A DNA stretch of 63,721 bases, filler included, from Octopus bimaculoides (Eukaryota), in the NCBI RefSeq assembly GCF_001194135.2. It is 6 parts of 5 records of this genome, joined end to end, with 100 filler letters (N's around TTAATTAATTAA, not from the genome) between each part and the next. Parts side by side here need not be neighbours in the genome. Positions count along the whole stretch, not along the records: positions 57,906 to 61,881 come from NC_069003.1; positions 61,982 to 63,721 come from NC_068989.1; 4 more parts are not named here. The stretch is one strand, 5' to 3'. The notes under the pieces were generated by a model, which was not told the DNA's origin, searched no databases, and was given only the letters and a program-made list of their open reading frames with translations. Positions 61,645-63,721 of this stretch are shown here, in pieces; within the stretch, counting starts at the first letter, position 1; each line of letters begins with the position of its first letter. The position numbers and the translations under genes are program-made.

Positions 61645-61981
61645 AGGGATTTTCAACCCTATATTTACGTTCATAGCTTTTTCTGATGTATCTCGAGAGG
61701 TAATATTCTAAAAAGAATTATTTTACGTTCTCTCGAACGTTTATAAATTTTTACGACGTCAACAAAATTATTATGTAATTTTGCGACCGTGAATTCAAGC
61801 TGTCGAAAAAGGCTTCTTCCGAAGGATCTGTGGAGTAACGTTACTCGATGGTGTGCATAGCTTGGGTATCAGTGAGTCTCCNNNNNNNNNNNNNNNNNNN
61901 NNNNNNNNNNNNNNNNNNNNNNNNNTTAATTAATTAANNNNNNNNNNNNNNNNNNNNNNNNNNNNNNNNNNNNNNNNNNNN

Positions 61982-62023
<42 letters not shown>

Positions 62024-62299
62024 TTATATCAGATATATATGCAAATATATGTGCGCACAAAGCACACTCTATATACACACATGCACACATAAATATACAT
62101 ACTACAGGGAGTATTGTTCTGTTCGTTTTTTACTGAATATATAAGTATGTGTTGGTGCATGCATATACGTATATAAACATTTCTAAGTTTACCCAACCTA
62201 AATCTACTATACAATAACAAAAAAAAATAAACACAAACTTTAATACAATAAGAAACAAGAATAACACTTCGATCATACGCACCAATTACAATCCAAACT

Positions 62300-62520
62300 A
62301 TAATTTAAGAACTTGTTCTAAAGATATAGACTGGATGATAATACCCTTCGCTAAGCAAGTTACATCAAATATACCAAGAATGTTCTACGAGGCAGTGGAT
62401 AAGCTTTTTCCGGTAACGAATAAAGAGTATAATTTGTTTTATAAACGAAGAATTAGCATCGTGTTCTCCTACTGTAGAAATTTAACTCAAATTATAGCTG
62501 CACACAACACCAAATAAATT
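62300..62520 (+). mobile_element. Penelope-like retroelement ORF relic (RT thumb/linker region)
   Basis: IDWMIIPFAKQVTSNIPRMFYEAVDKLFPVTNKEYNLFYKRRISIVFSYCRNLTQIIAAHN resembles the PLE pattern IIWFNPPYS.NV.TNIG..FL.LIDKHFP..H..HKIFNR..IKVSYSC..N...II.AHN (recalled, not searched). Confidence 0.6.
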
Positions 62521-63261
62521 CCGAAAGCACAGGACAATAATATTAATAAGGCCAATAAAAACGAAAACCGAATTAAAGGTAATAATAATACCAATTTTAA
62601 AAACGATAGTAAGATGATTAATCCAATTCTATTGAAATCACCACTAAGAAAGTAAATAATGATCTAATCAATTAAATAATTCAAGAAGTTCTATAATTAA
62701 TAGACAGGCACACATGATGACTCGAAAAAATAGCGACTATCATAAAACCTAATAATAAAGATAATGATAAAAAAATAAAACAAACACAAACATTATAAAA
62801 TCTAATAACAAAAACGTAGATAACGTTATACATGTCAAAATATAACTATGATAATTATAATAATGACACATATAAAGAATATGGAAATAGAATTCGATTT
62901 ATAGTATTATATATAAAATAACCGACAAATACTTTAAAACAATAATAATAATAATGATAGTTAGAAGTTAAAATACAACTGACCAATTACTTTTAATAAC
63001 AACGTGGTTCTTACTGCTTAGTAATTATCCATTACTACTATTAATAACCTTCACAAATTCAAATAATATAATCAACTCTGAAATTTTATCAAAAAGCCTT
63101 GTAGTCTATAAAATATGTAGAATCAATCAGAACTAAGTATTCTATAAGTAATCACTCCCTGCCTAGCTAAGAACTTTTGCTATCTTCAACACTGCAGCTG
63201 CTACCGAATTTTACCTACACAATCAGTTAAGAAAAACATCTCATAGAAGAATGTCATGGCT

Positions 63262-63330
<69 letters not shown>

Positions 63331-63681
63331 AAACTAATAGGGGAGAACAATTCCTCTTCGAACAATGTCATACTTATATGCTCTGAAGAGATCGTACTAA
63401 TAATGCATAAATCGCTGCATATGAATATACAGCAATATGCAGTTGGTGTGACCGAATCACGTGTCGAACCATTATTATGATGAAACCAACTGAAAATAAA
63501 CATAAAGTTTGCAAGTTCAAATTCTTCATTCTCCTTATTATCACTATTGTACTTTACACTCTAAAGAAATAAACTGGAACATCGGATGATTCCCAAAGAA
63601 CGCACCACCAGAAGGAACAAGCCTTGGCATTTCATTCAGAGAAATTCGGTATCTGCTAGGACATTACAACCCTCTTCATAC

Positions 63682-63721
<40 letters not shown>

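Overview
AT-rich, microsatellite- and SINE-dense animal genomic DNA from a gapped scaffold. The repeat families point to a coleoid cephalopod, most likely Octopus (inference). Two protein-coding genes are supported, both on the minus strand. (1) The first coding exon of a filamin, probably of the jitterbug class (CH1 actin-binding domain, 5661-6000), whose intron runs off the window start. (2) Three consecutive, phase-compatible exons of neurabin/spinophilin (PPP1R9): 38209-38327 with the PP1-docking RVxF motif KVKF, 35461-35593, and 33321-33441 with the first half of the PDZ domain. The rest of that gene's 3' half cannot be found before the filamin start. The neurabin exons lie in a visibly CpG-poor block bounded by two artificial 100-bp scaffold joins (44 N + TTAATTAATTAA + 44 N). 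The remainder is tRNA-derived SINEs, mariner/maT transposase relics, a MITE, a Helentron-like element, Penelope-like fragments and simple repeats. The most interesting signals are: four hammerhead-ribozyme motifs (two with canonical cores antisense to neurabin, two non-canonical on the neurabin strand); a 56/58 inverted SINE pair flanking one neurabin exon; a maT relic touching a splice donor; a fold-back mariner; a CpG-rich patch that may be an internal promoter; and a perfect 19-bp palindrome. Almost all ORFs in the supplied track are microsatellite or N-gap artefacts. No CRISPR, rRNA or genuine tRNA genes were found. All counts and alignments were done by eye.
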